From: Candidatus Micrarchaeota archaeon
GTDB taxonomy: Archaea > Micrarchaeota > Micrarchaeia > Norongarragalinales > JAPLXB01
DNA length: 64,000 nucleotides
Reading direction: 5' to 3'
Assembly (NCBI GenBank): GCA_026396285.1
Contig: JAPLXB010000045.1
Location: 343 to 64,342, forward strand
Shown: positions 18,054-26,633 of the stretch, piece by piece
Layout of the letters: each line of letters starts with the position of its first letter
Position numbering within the stretch: position 1 is the first letter of the stretch
Program-made: the position numbers and the translations under genes
Notes under the pieces: model-generated
Told to the model about the DNA's origin: nothing
Seen by the model: only the letters and a program-made list of their open reading frames with translations
Databases searched by the model: none

Positions 18054-19229
18054 TTATTCCTTCGCGCGCGCGGCCGCGATTTTCTTGGACAGCGAGTCCA
18101 TGCCCGCCTTCTGCTCGATGAGCGTCTTCCCAAGAGCCACGACCGTGTCATAGAGCGCCTTGTCGAATTCAAGGGCAACCGACTGGGTGGACGAGAACGC
18201 CTTCATCATCTTCGCGAAATCGGCCATCGCGTTCCTCGTCGCCCGCGTGTCCTCCCTGACCGCCGACAACCCGGTTTCAAGGCGCTGGCGCATGCTCGTC
18301 ACGTCAATGAATGAGCGCAAACTGTCCAGTTTCTTCTCGTAAGCGGCGAAGTCGCCCTTGTCCGGGAGCCCCGCGAGCCTTGCATCGACGGCCTTTGACT
18401 GCGCCCTCAGCCCTGCCGCGGCCGACGCGAATTCCCTGGTGTTTTCCGCAACCACTTCTGTGAGGCCGGTCCTCAGCTCCTTTGCCGCTGCCGCGAATTC
18501 CTTGGTGTTTTCAGCCAATGCCTCGCTCAAGTCCGAGCGCAGCGCCTTCATTTCGCTCTTCAGGCCGCCGGCGGCTTCGGCGAACTCGTCGGAAGCCGAG
18601 GAAACAGTATCGTTTAATTTGCCCACTTGGGCAGCTGTCGGGAGCGCCGAAACCTTTTCCTGCAGCGCATCAACCTCCTTCAAAAGTTTTTCAACGGGCT
18701 TCCCGCTCTCTTCAAGGGTCTTGAGGATGTCCTTCCACTCCTCGCGCGACGGGAATTCCTTGAGTTTCTGAACCGACGCCGTCAGCTCCTGTTTCGTCGG
18801 CAGGGCCCCGATTGACTTATCCAACTCGTTCAAGTCGTCGCTGGTCGGCATCGCGAGGATTTTCTTGGAGACGCTGTCAATCGCCGTGCCCACGGACTGC
18901 ACTTGGGTCCTGAGCGCGTTCTTGTTGGCCTCCATCAGCACGTCAACGTCGCGCAAAAAGTCGTCAAAAGAAGTCTTGGAAGGCACGGTCTCCATGCGGG
19001 CTGAAATGATTTTCAGCGCGTTGGATGCGTCGCCCGCGCCGCGGGCCGCCGAGTCGGCGGCGTTGATTATTTTCTCGGAGGTTCCGGAAAAATCGCTTTC
19101 AAGAGCCGTTATTTTCTTCCCGGTCAAGTCGGATGACTTTTTCAACTCGTCCACGGACTCGGACAGGGCATCCACTTTTTTCACGAGCTCCAGGAAAGCC
19201 GCTTCAAGCCGCGCCAGAGTGTCAACCAA
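18054..19229 (-). CDS. coiled-coil protein with internal sequence repeats (391 aa), last gene of the giant-protein operon
   Basis: Almost entirely predicted alpha-helical with heptad character. The segment ENTKEFAAAAKELRTGL is repeated as ENTREFASAAAGLRAQ. No catalytic motifs. The gene is convergent with the rpoA stop. Confidence 0.5.
   Translation of the reverse strand: MVDTLARLEAAFLELVKKVDALSESVDELKKSSDLTGKKITALESDFSGTSEKIINAADSAARGAGDASNALKIISARMETVPSKTSFDDFLRDVDVLMEANKNALRTQVQSVGTAIDSVSKKILAMPTSDDLNELDKSIGALPTKQELTASVQKLKEFPSREEWKDILKTLEESGKPVEKLLKEVDALQEKVSALPTAAQVGKLNDTVSSASDEFAEAAGGLKSEMKALRSDLSEALAENTKEFAAAAKELRTGLTEVVAENTREFASAAAGLRAQSKAVDARLAGLPDKGDFAAYEKKLDSLRSFIDVTSMRQRLETGLSAVREDTRATRNAMADFAKMMKAFSSTQSVALEFDKALYDTVVALGKTLIEQKAGMDSLSKKIAAARAKE
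18412..18520. repeat. ~70-bp imperfect tandem duplication inside the coiled-coil CDS
   Basis: The unit CTGCCGCGGCCGACGCGAATTCCCTGGTGTTTTCCGCAAC (18412..18451) recurs as TTGCCGCTGCCGCGAATTCCTTGGTGTTTTCAGCCAATG (18482..18520). Confidence 0.4.
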
Positions 19230-19260
19230 CCAGACCAGTCCCCTCTAATCCCTGAAAGCC

Positions 19261-20121
19261 TCAGACGACTGTCGCGGGCTTCTTTTCACTGCCGCCGGCG
19301 CCCGCGGTTACCGGAGTTTTCCTAGCCGCTTCCTCCACTTTAGCCCTAAGTTGCGCGAGTTCCTTGGCCTGCGCAGTCTCCTTGATTTGGACCTTGAGCT
19401 GTTCCACGTCCCTTATCGTGTCGTTGATTTCGCGGAACATGCTCTTCACGTCGTTCGCCAGGCGCAGGTACTCTTCAAAACGTTTCTGGAACTCCACGAA
19501 AATGAATTCCACCTTGTCCGCGTGCTTTTCGGACTCGGCCTCAAGCTTCTTTATAGAAGAAAGCTCGCCCTTGACTTCCTCGTTCAGTTGCAGCAGCGTC
19601 TCCGTGCCCCTGGTCGCCATCAAGTCGTTCCTGACAATCTTCATTTCCTCCCCGAGCTTCTCCTCGATGGTCTCCACTTTTTCAACCATCCCCTTGACAA
19701 CCTCTATTTTCGCGTCAATTTTCTTGACGTCCATTGAGAGCTTTTCCGGCTGGACCGCCTCGACGAGGGCCGACGCCTTCTCCGCCTGCAGCTTCATTTC
19801 CCTGCCCGACTTTTCGCTCTCCAACAGCATTGCCCGCAATTCGCCTATTTCCTCGTTGAGCCGCGCGAATTTTTCGTCGGAAATCTGGCGGTACTGCTTC
19901 AGCGCCTCAATCTGGCCCCTGGCCAGCTCGAGGTCGCGTTCGAGCAGCGCAGCGCCCTTTGCCCCTCCCTGGCCCCTGCCGGGCTCGGGCTTTTCCTCTT
20001 CCTCGGGCGTGTATTTTTCCTCGCCGGAAACCATGGCCAAGTCGGTCATTGTTTCCAGTTCTTCCTCAGTGGGCCCTGTCTTTTTGGAAATCTTTTTCTT
20101 GATGGAATCCAGGAAACCCAT
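19261..20121 (-). CDS. acidic coiled-coil protein (286 aa)
   Basis: Short N-terminal amphipathic segment MGFLDSIKKKISKK, an acidic linker, then about 200 aa of heptad-repeat helix. This is reminiscent of ESCRT-III / PspA-like or archaellum-accessory coiled-coil proteins, but I make no confident family call. Confidence 0.45.
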   Translation of the reverse strand: MGFLDSIKKKISKKTGPTEEELETMTDLAMVSGEEKYTPEEEEKPEPGRGQGGAKGAALLERDLELARGQIEALKQYRQISDEKFARLNEEIGELRAMLLESEKSGREMKLQAEKASALVEAVQPEKLSMDVKKIDAKIEVVKGMVEKVETIEEKLGEEMKIVRNDLMATRGTETLLQLNEEVKGELSSIKKLEAESEKHADKVEFIFVEFQKRFEEYLRLANDVKSMFREINDTIRDVEQLKVQIKETAQAKELAQLRAKVEEAARKTPVTAGAGGSEKKPATVV

Positions 20122-20175
20122 TCCAACCCGCCCGGCGGCGTTGGCGCCGCCGCGTGCATTAATGCAGGCGGGCTT

Positions 20176-20418
20176 TTAATCGCTTTCCTCCACTTCGTTG
20201 ACGTTCCAGGCGCCGCACTTTGGGCACTTGGAGGGTTTTGAAAGCACGACCAGCCGCGAGTTGCCCCAGTCCTCCGGCTCAAGCAGATACTCGTTCCTGC
20301 ACCCGTGGCAAATCACGTAAATGCGGCTTATGCCGCTGGATCTCCCGACCGGGAACAGGTTGGTGCGCCCAATGCCAAGGAACCTGCCGAGCCCGGGCTG
20401 CCTGCCGATGAAAACCAT
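20176..20418 (-). CDS. small zinc-ribbon protein (about 80 aa from the internal ATG)
   Basis: Two CxxC pairs (CHGC ... CPKC) spaced about 40 aa apart. The upstream in-frame extension to 20544 is Gly/Ala/Arg-rich and probably not translated. Confidence 0.5.
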   Translation of the reverse strand: MVFIGRQPGLGRFLGIGRTNLFPVGRSSGISRIYVICHGCRNEYLLEPEDWGNSRLVVLSKPSKCPKCGAWNVNEVEESD

Positions 20419-20573
20419 TCTTTTCCTGCGCTTTTTTGCGGCCGGAAGGCGGCCTGCGGCGTGCCCGGGGCCGCGCCCCCCGTCCCATGCCAAGCCGTCG
20501 CCGGCGGCCGGTCCAGCGTCCCCTGCGCCTTTTTCGTCATCCACAAAACCGCCTTTTCCGGCCGGCGCCCCTT

Positions 20574-23500
20574 TCAGACGCCGTGCTTCTTCGCCTGCGT
20601 CTCCACCTTCTGGGTGAGGGACTCCATGTAAATGTCCACTATGTTGAACGCGCCTTTCTTGAGCTTGTCGCGGACGATGTTCAGTTCCAGTTCAAGGTCA
20701 AGCACGTCCACTCCCTTCGCTTTTATGGCGGCAACCTTCTCCTCCAGCACCTCTATCCGCTGGTTGTACTCGTCGTACTTCTGGAGCTCGGTTTCCGAAA
20801 GGCGGACGATGTTGTGCTGCAGCGCCCTGTAGGTCACGAAGTACGGCGCGCCCCTGTTGTACTCGGGGTTGTGCATCATGCCGCTCCCGATTGCGGACCG
20901 GACGATGCTCCTCGCGGTCTCGTCCCCGAACTTGGTCCTGATACGCTCCAAGTCGCCCTCGTACTTGGTGCGCATCTGGATTTCCGTGGAAATGTTTGCC
21001 TTGATTTCGCCCACGAAGTCGCTCAGCACCTGCGAAATGAGTACCAGGCCCAGGCCCCATTTCCTGTACTCCCTCGCCGCCCGCTCTATCTGCACGAGGC
21101 CCTCGCCGCTTCCCCCGAACTTGGGCAGCAGGCGGTGGACTTCGTCGTAAACGAACAGCACCTTGAGCTTCGGCGACTCCTCGGGCTGGCTGGCAAACAC
21201 CTGCTTGACCGTGTTGGCGTAGAAAGAGTCAACCTGCTGCGGCGTCAGCCGCGAAGTGACGAACACCGTTATTTCGCCGGGCCTCGTCAGTTTCTTGAGG
21301 TCAACCTGCTGGTCGGCGTTCTTGACTACGACGATGTTCCCGTCAAAGGCGCGCGCCTCGCTCAGCGACATCCCGAACTTCTTGTACGCCGCCAGCATCT
21401 CCCTGTTCTTCTGCGGCCTCAGGAAACCGCTCCACTGCGCGGTCGGGTCAAAGACGACCACCGCGATGCCTTTCTTGAGCGCCTCTTCCGCAATCACCTG
21501 CGCCGCCACCGTCTTTCCGGACCCGCTTCCTCCCGCGACCAGCGTGTGCATAGTGAGTTTTTGGAAGTCCACGAACGCCCGCACGTTCGTTTCCGCGATG
21601 AGGCCGAGGAACCCGCCGTCGGGCCCTGGCTGGGGCAGCGTCGCGAAGTCAATTTTCGACAAATACCTTTTCATCTTCGCCTTCTGGTACCGGTCGTAGT
21701 AAGCGTAACTCGTGCCGGCGGTCACTGCGGCTCCGGCGAGCAGCAGGTAGAACAGCGGGACGCCCATGAAACGCATTTCAAGCAGGCCAATCTGCACCTT
21801 GATGTTCGCGAACGCCGAAATCGCGCGCGTCGTGTTCAGGACAAGCCGGTAGTAGGCGGTCGCCTTGAGCATGTAAGTGCCGACCGCAAGGTCCGGCGGC
21901 ACCGTGATTGACTTCGTTATAGTCTGCGAGCTCTCGAACTCAAACGGGTCCCCTGACTCGAAAACCACCGCGTCAGTGTCGTAGTTTATCAGGTAGAGCC
22001 TGACGATGCCGCTGACGCTCTTGGTGGCGCCGGTGTTGAACAAGTTGAGGTCCACCTTGAAACTCTGGCCCGGCGACACGTCGGTCTGGTACGGGACTAG
22101 TTTCAAGTCAATGAACTTCTCCTTCGTCTCGCCAACGCGGATGGTGACTGGCATTACCGCCAAGCCGAGTTCGTTAGTGAAAATAATCTGGCCGTAGTAC
22201 ATGCCTGGTTTTGTGTCCTCGGGGATGCTGATTGCGGCCATTACCTCCGCGGTCTCTCCCGGCGCAAGGGTAACCGAAGGCCTGACCGAGAAGAACGGGA
22301 CCGTGTCGCCGGTCGCCTGGATTGCGACGGTGGTCGCGGAAGCGTTCTGGATGTTCTTCACGCGCAGGGTGACCATCGTCTCCTCGCCAAGGAGCAGTTC
22401 GAGGTAAATGGTCTGGGGATAAATATCGAGCCCGATTTTGTTCTCCATTCCTCCGGTCAGGTTCAGGACGGCTTCCAGCGTCTCGTTCGTGGAGTTCAGT
22501 ATCTCTCCCTTGGCCTGGGAAATGATTTTCTGGACTTCCTTCGCAATCTCCTCGAGCGACGGCCCGATTGCCCCCACCGCCATCGCCGGGGGAGCGGTAT
22601 ACCCTGGCTGAGCCCCTCCACCGCCGCCGTAAACGGTGACGTACGTCGCCCCGGGCGCCACGCCCAACACGCTCTCGCCGGCAGCGTAGGCGCTGAAACC
22701 GGTTATGACCACGGTTATCGAGCCCGGCATCCCTCCCTGCCTGCCGACGACGTTCGTCAACGAAATCCAGCCGCTCGGGCACGCGAGCGAAGTGAAGCCC
22801 CAGTCCGCGCACCGCGCCACGAACACGTTGTCAATGTTGTCGACCTGGGTCACGTCAAACGGCAGCGCCAGCGTGCCCGAAAACGACGGCGCCGGACGGC
22901 CGTCGGTGTAACTGAAGTTCAGCGCGAGGATGAACAGTTTCCTCATTGACGGCACGAGCGCCGCGTACACCGGAACCGAGTCTATGCCGATTGAAAGGTT
23001 CTCCATCTGCGAGAACGACACGCCCGACAACACGAGCGTCGCGTTCAACGCCTTTATCACCACGTCATAGGTCCTGTTGTAGACGTTGACCGAATAGTGG
23101 CCGGTCGCGTTAGTTGAGAAATTCGAGACTGTGACGTTTGTGCCGGGCCTGAGGAGCGTGAAGTTCGTCACCGTCCCCCCGCCAACGGAATTGGCTATGC
23201 GGCCCACGAAGTTCGCGATGTTGTAATAAACCTCGAACGGCGCGGAAACGTTGCGCTGGTTGCCGTCCAAGTCAGTCGCGGACACGACTGCGGTGTACCC
23301 GCCCAGGATGGAGAAGTTGGACGAGACCCTCCACGTGCCGCTCACAGTGTTCCCTGAAACCAGTGACATCGTGTGAGTGGTCACGGTGCTGTCCGGCCAC
23401 GTCACGAACGCGGTGACAGTCGAAACCTGCCTGTTGTCGGAAACGGCGGCTGAAACCACTGCGTTGCTTCCCTGCTGCGCGTCCGTGGTCGTCACGCTCA

Positions 23501-26500
23501 CCGACGGCTGCGTGATGTCCTTGTAGTAGAGGATTGACGCGTTCCTTCTGGTGAATATAACCGGCCCGTTCGGCGACGAGTAGTTTCCAATGACTACGAA
23601 ATCATAGAACTGCGCGTCGGTCTTGGACGGCGCAGTGAACGAAAGGATTTTGGAACTGCCCGCCGCGGTCATGTTGACTTGCGAGGCTTCGGTGTCGTTG
23701 ACGAACACGCGGTAGGTGACGTTTTCCGTGATGTCCGCCGGCGTGTAAAAGTCCACGAGCCGCACGGTGGCGTTGATTGAGTCGCCGGGAATGATTTGCG
23801 GCGGTGCGGAAACGCTTTCCAATAGTATTCCGTAGAAGAACGAGTTGAATGAGATGTTGACTTGCTTGTTGCCACTGCTTTCATTCACCTGCAGCACTCC
23901 TGCATAGTGGGCGTTGGTCTCATTGGCAGTGTAATTCATGCGAATGGCGAACGACTGGCCGCCTGAAAGCGACGTGGACGAGTCGAGCAGGTTCGCGAAC
24001 GTCGTCATGTTTCCAAACAGCCCGAACTGGAAGTTCAGGAACGCGTCAGCGGTACCGGTGTGCGTGATGACCGTGTCGCTGTTGACCTTGTTCTCGTTCG
24101 ACACCGCGTTTATGACCATGGTGTCGCGGCTGAGCGACCAGGAATAGTTCAAAGGCGTCACAACGTTTGCTGTGAATCCCTTCGTGTAGCCCGTTCCCTG
24201 CACGCTGCACGAAAAGCTCCTGCCCCCGACTCCCCCGCTGGAGGACACGCCATAGTCCACTCCGACGGTCGTGGATATGTTCACCGGGTTGTCCAAGGCG
24301 ACTGTCCGCGGCGAAGGCGAATAGGAAACCGTGACATTGGGGCTGATTGACGTGGTGGAGACTGCGAATGGAACGTTGTCGTTGCCCGTCGCCTCTACTG
24401 TGAGGTTTTGCACCGTGCTGTGGCCGTGCTCGATGGTCAGCGAAGCCGGGAACGTGACGGTGAAGTTCGGGTTGGACAAGACGCTTATCAAAACCGGGGA
24501 TGCCGTGTAAATGCCGCTGACGCCGTTCGGATTAACCCACTTGACTATTGGGTTGAAGTAGTAGGTTCCAAGGGCCCTGGGCGGCACGCTGACGTTGACG
24601 AACGTGCTGAACCAGCCCGGAGCGAGGTTCGCGTATGAAAGGTTCGTGTAACTGAAGCCGCTCGTGTTCGCGCCGCTGAACGAGCCGGTCACGTTCACCG
24701 AATAGCCCTTCACGTTGCCGCCGTTTACGATGAGAAACGGGATGGAAACGTTCTTTCCAACTGATTTCGTCACGTTCGCGACGCTCACCGCCTGGCCCGA
24801 GGCATTAATGTTCGTGGTGGGAACCACTTGGAACGAGAACTGCGTGGAATTAAGCTGGCCCGTGACGTCATTCACTCCAAAGGTCACGGCGTAGTCGTAA
24901 ACTCCCGTGATGTTCGTGTTGCCGAAGTCCACGTAAAACCTCCTGACGTCCTTGCAGAGGCCGCCGCAGTAGATGTCCGGGTCCTCCCAGTCGCTTGGGG
25001 GCGCAAAAGACCAGGAATAGCCGGGGGCCGTGACGTTGAAGAAGGCGGTCGAAGCGTTCAAGCCGTTGATTTCGTCGTCCGTGGCCCACACCTCAAGGGT
25101 GACGGACTTGTTGAATTCGACGAAACTCCTCCTAACTCCTTCCGTGATTGTTGACACGTTTATGAACTGGGGCGGCGCGTTGCTGACGTTGAAGAACACG
25201 TAAACGTCCCTGTTCGTCGGGTCCGCGGAACCGCTTTGCAAATGCGCCCTGATGCCATACCCGGGGGAGGCGTTGCTGCTCTCCTGGCCACTCTGGCCGA
25301 AGCAGATGTTTACAGAAGAGCCTTTTGAAACGGAAACCGTGTTGTTGTTGCAGTTGACTCCGCCGATGTTGATGTTCGGGCCGCACGTGCCTATGTAAGT
25401 GCAGTTCTTGTACCCGGGAACCGCGTCATACGACACCGAAAAGGTCAGGTCGATGTTTCCCGGGTTTTCAATGGTGTAATTTGCTATGATTCCCTTCTGG
25501 TTCAGCGCGAACGCGTTGGACTGGTTCGCGGACGGCACGATGACCCACGACGCGTTCGTGAGGACGTTGACGTTCACTTGAAGCGACTGGTTCACGTCCT
25601 GGCTCCCAGAGTAATACCCGGTCGTGTTCAGGAATCCATGGTATGCGCCGGGCGCCGCCTGGGCCGGGACCGACACGCTGAACGTCACGGTCTTCGTCGA
25701 GCCGGAGTTGGGAATCTTGGTGAAGCTCGTCCACTGGCTCGGGGAGAAGGAAATCCAAGAGGAGTTTATGGCGGTGGCAGTGAAGTTGTTGTTGACCGGG
25801 CCGAGCACAACGTTCCCGTCATTCGTCACCCCGATGGCTATTGTCTGCGACTGTCCCGGATACAAGTTCATGTCGAGCGAGGGAGTGATGTTGTATGACA
25901 GGTGCTTCGTCACCGCGCCGCCGATTTGCGTGGATGTGGTTATTGTCGTGTTGGATAAGTCGTTGTTCGTCCACGTCCCGTTCCAAGTCACCTGGTAATA
26001 CTGGCCCGGATTCAGCCCGGCGGGCAGCGTGACGTTGAAAACGCTGTAACAGTTGCCGCTCTGGATGAGTATGGCGCCGCACGTGGTGCCAAGTTCCACG
26101 ATAGACTCCATTAAGCCTATCTGGGACACGCCGATGTCCGGGTACGTCATGTCCGCCTTGTTGCTGTTGTTAAGACTAACAGTGATGTTCACTGAATAAG
26201 GCACGCTCGGCGTGTCAACGGTCGCGGGCGCGTTGAGCGTCCCGTCCGCCAGCTGTTCCTGGAACCAATCCTGGCCCGCCTTTTCTGCATAATCGTATTT
26301 CGTGCTGCTGTTGATGCCGGTCGCGAGTCGCCGGTCGAGTTGTAGAGCGTGATGCTCCGGGCGCCGTTCAACTGCGGCGCTGCCGACGCGTTGACCCACG
26401 TGATGTAAACCTCGTTCAGGAACGGCGTCTTGGAAGAGTCGTTTGAAGCGAAAACCGCGCGGTACCTCAGGTAACGCGAAACCGGTGCCTTGGCGAAGTC

Positions 26501-26633
26501 GCCGTAAAAGCCGCCGTACGCGGCAATCGTGGAAGAATTCGAATAGGAGTCGAGGGGCGTCCACTTGTAACTGTTGTTCGACGACGACGTGTACATGGTG
26601 ATGTTCGTTCCCGGCGGCTCGGTCGTCCACCAC
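20574..26633 (-). CDS. giant surface protein, C-terminal portion (ORF 2 of 2): Asn/Thr/Ser-rich Ig-like region, transmembrane helix, cytoplasmic HerA/FtsK-superfamily ATPase
   Basis: The first ~100 aa of the ORF (MVDDRAAGNEHHHVHVV...) are out-of-frame junk. Genuine sequence starts at ...ATGINSSTKYDYAEKAGQDW. A single hydrophobic helix GVPLFYLLLAGAAVTAG lies near the C-terminus. It is followed by a 379-aa cytoplasmic domain with Walker A LVAGGSGSGKT (21510..21533), Walker B VLFVYDEVH (21135..21158), and an arginine-finger region REYRKWGLGLVLISQ typical of DUF87/HerA/VirB4-like ATPases. Confidence 0.8.
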   Translation of the reverse strand: MVDDRAAGNEHHHVHVVVEQQLQVDAPRLLFEFFHDCRVRRLLRRLRQGTGFALPEVPRGFRFKRLFQDAVPERGLHHVGQRVGSAAVERRPEHHALQLDRRLATGINSSTKYDYAEKAGQDWFQEQLADGTLNAPATVDTPSVPYSVNITVSLNNSNKADMTYPDIGVSQIGLMESIVELGTTCGAILIQSGNCYSVFNVTLPAGLNPGQYYQVTWNGTWTNNDLSNTTITTSTQIGGAVTKHLSYNITPSLDMNLYPGQSQTIAIGVTNDGNVVLGPVNNNFTATAINSSWISFSPSQWTSFTKIPNSGSTKTVTFSVSVPAQAAPGAYHGFLNTTGYYSGSQDVNQSLQVNVNVLTNASWVIVPSANQSNAFALNQKGIIANYTIENPGNIDLTFSVSYDAVPGYKNCTYIGTCGPNINIGGVNCNNNTVSVSKGSSVNICFGQSGQESSNASPGYGIRAHLQSGSADPTNRDVYVFFNVSNAPPQFINVSTITEGVRRSFVEFNKSVTLEVWATDDEINGLNASTAFFNVTAPGYSWSFAPPSDWEDPDIYCGGLCKDVRRFYVDFGNTNITGVYDYAVTFGVNDVTGQLNSTQFSFQVVPTTNINASGQAVSVANVTKSVGKNVSIPFLIVNGGNVKGYSVNVTGSFSGANTSGFSYTNLSYANLAPGWFSTFVNVSVPPRALGTYYFNPIVKWVNPNGVSGIYTASPVLISVLSNPNFTVTFPASLTIEHGHSTVQNLTVEATGNDNVPFAVSTTSISPNVTVSYSPSPRTVALDNPVNISTTVGVDYGVSSSGGVGGRSFSCSVQGTGYTKGFTANVVTPLNYSWSLSRDTMVINAVSNENKVNSDTVITHTGTADAFLNFQFGLFGNMTTFANLLDSSTSLSGGQSFAIRMNYTANETNAHYAGVLQVNESSGNKQVNISFNSFFYGILLESVSAPPQIIPGDSINATVRLVDFYTPADITENVTYRVFVNDTEASQVNMTAAGSSKILSFTAPSKTDAQFYDFVVIGNYSSPNGPVIFTRRNASILYYKDITQPSVSVTTTDAQQGSNAVVSAAVSDNRQVSTVTAFVTWPDSTVTTHTMSLVSGNTVSGTWRVSSNFSILGGYTAVVSATDLDGNQRNVSAPFEVYYNIANFVGRIANSVGGGTVTNFTLLRPGTNVTVSNFSTNATGHYSVNVYNRTYDVVIKALNATLVLSGVSFSQMENLSIGIDSVPVYAALVPSMRKLFILALNFSYTDGRPAPSFSGTLALPFDVTQVDNIDNVFVARCADWGFTSLACPSGWISLTNVVGRQGGMPGSITVVITGFSAYAAGESVLGVAPGATYVTVYGGGGGAQPGYTAPPAMAVGAIGPSLEEIAKEVQKIISQAKGEILNSTNETLEAVLNLTGGMENKIGLDIYPQTIYLELLLGEETMVTLRVKNIQNASATTVAIQATGDTVPFFSVRPSVTLAPGETAEVMAAISIPEDTKPGMYYGQIIFTNELGLAVMPVTIRVGETKEKFIDLKLVPYQTDVSPGQSFKVDLNLFNTGATKSVSGIVRLYLINYDTDAVVFESGDPFEFESSQTITKSITVPPDLAVGTYMLKATAYYRLVLNTTRAISAFANIKVQIGLLEMRFMGVPLFYLLLAGAAVTAGTSYAYYDRYQKAKMKRYLSKIDFATLPQPGPDGGFLGLIAETNVRAFVDFQKLTMHTLVAGGSGSGKTVAAQVIAEEALKKGIAVVVFDPTAQWSGFLRPQKNREMLAAYKKFGMSLSEARAFDGNIVVVKNADQQVDLKKLTRPGEITVFVTSRLTPQQVDSFYANTVKQVFASQPEESPKLKVLFVYDEVHRLLPKFGGSGEGLVQIERAAREYRKWGLGLVLISQVLSDFVGEIKANISTEIQMRTKYEGDLERIRTKFGDETARSIVRSAIGSGMMHNPEYNRGAPYFVTYRALQHNIVRLSETELQKYDEYNQRIEVLEEKVAAIKAKGVDVLDLELELNIVRDKLKKGAFNIVDIYMESLTQKVETQAKKHGV

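Noticed and set aside
20436-21911. 491-aa plus-strand ORF
   Set aside because: Antisense to the ATPase tail of the giant gene. Arg/His/Leu-rich nonsense composition.
26189-26633. Apparent 445-bp overlap between the two giant ORFs, as if two independent genes
   Set aside because: Each ORF carries out-of-frame junk across the overlap. The genuine frames meet at 26316..26338, so this is one gene with a frameshift, not two overlapping genes.
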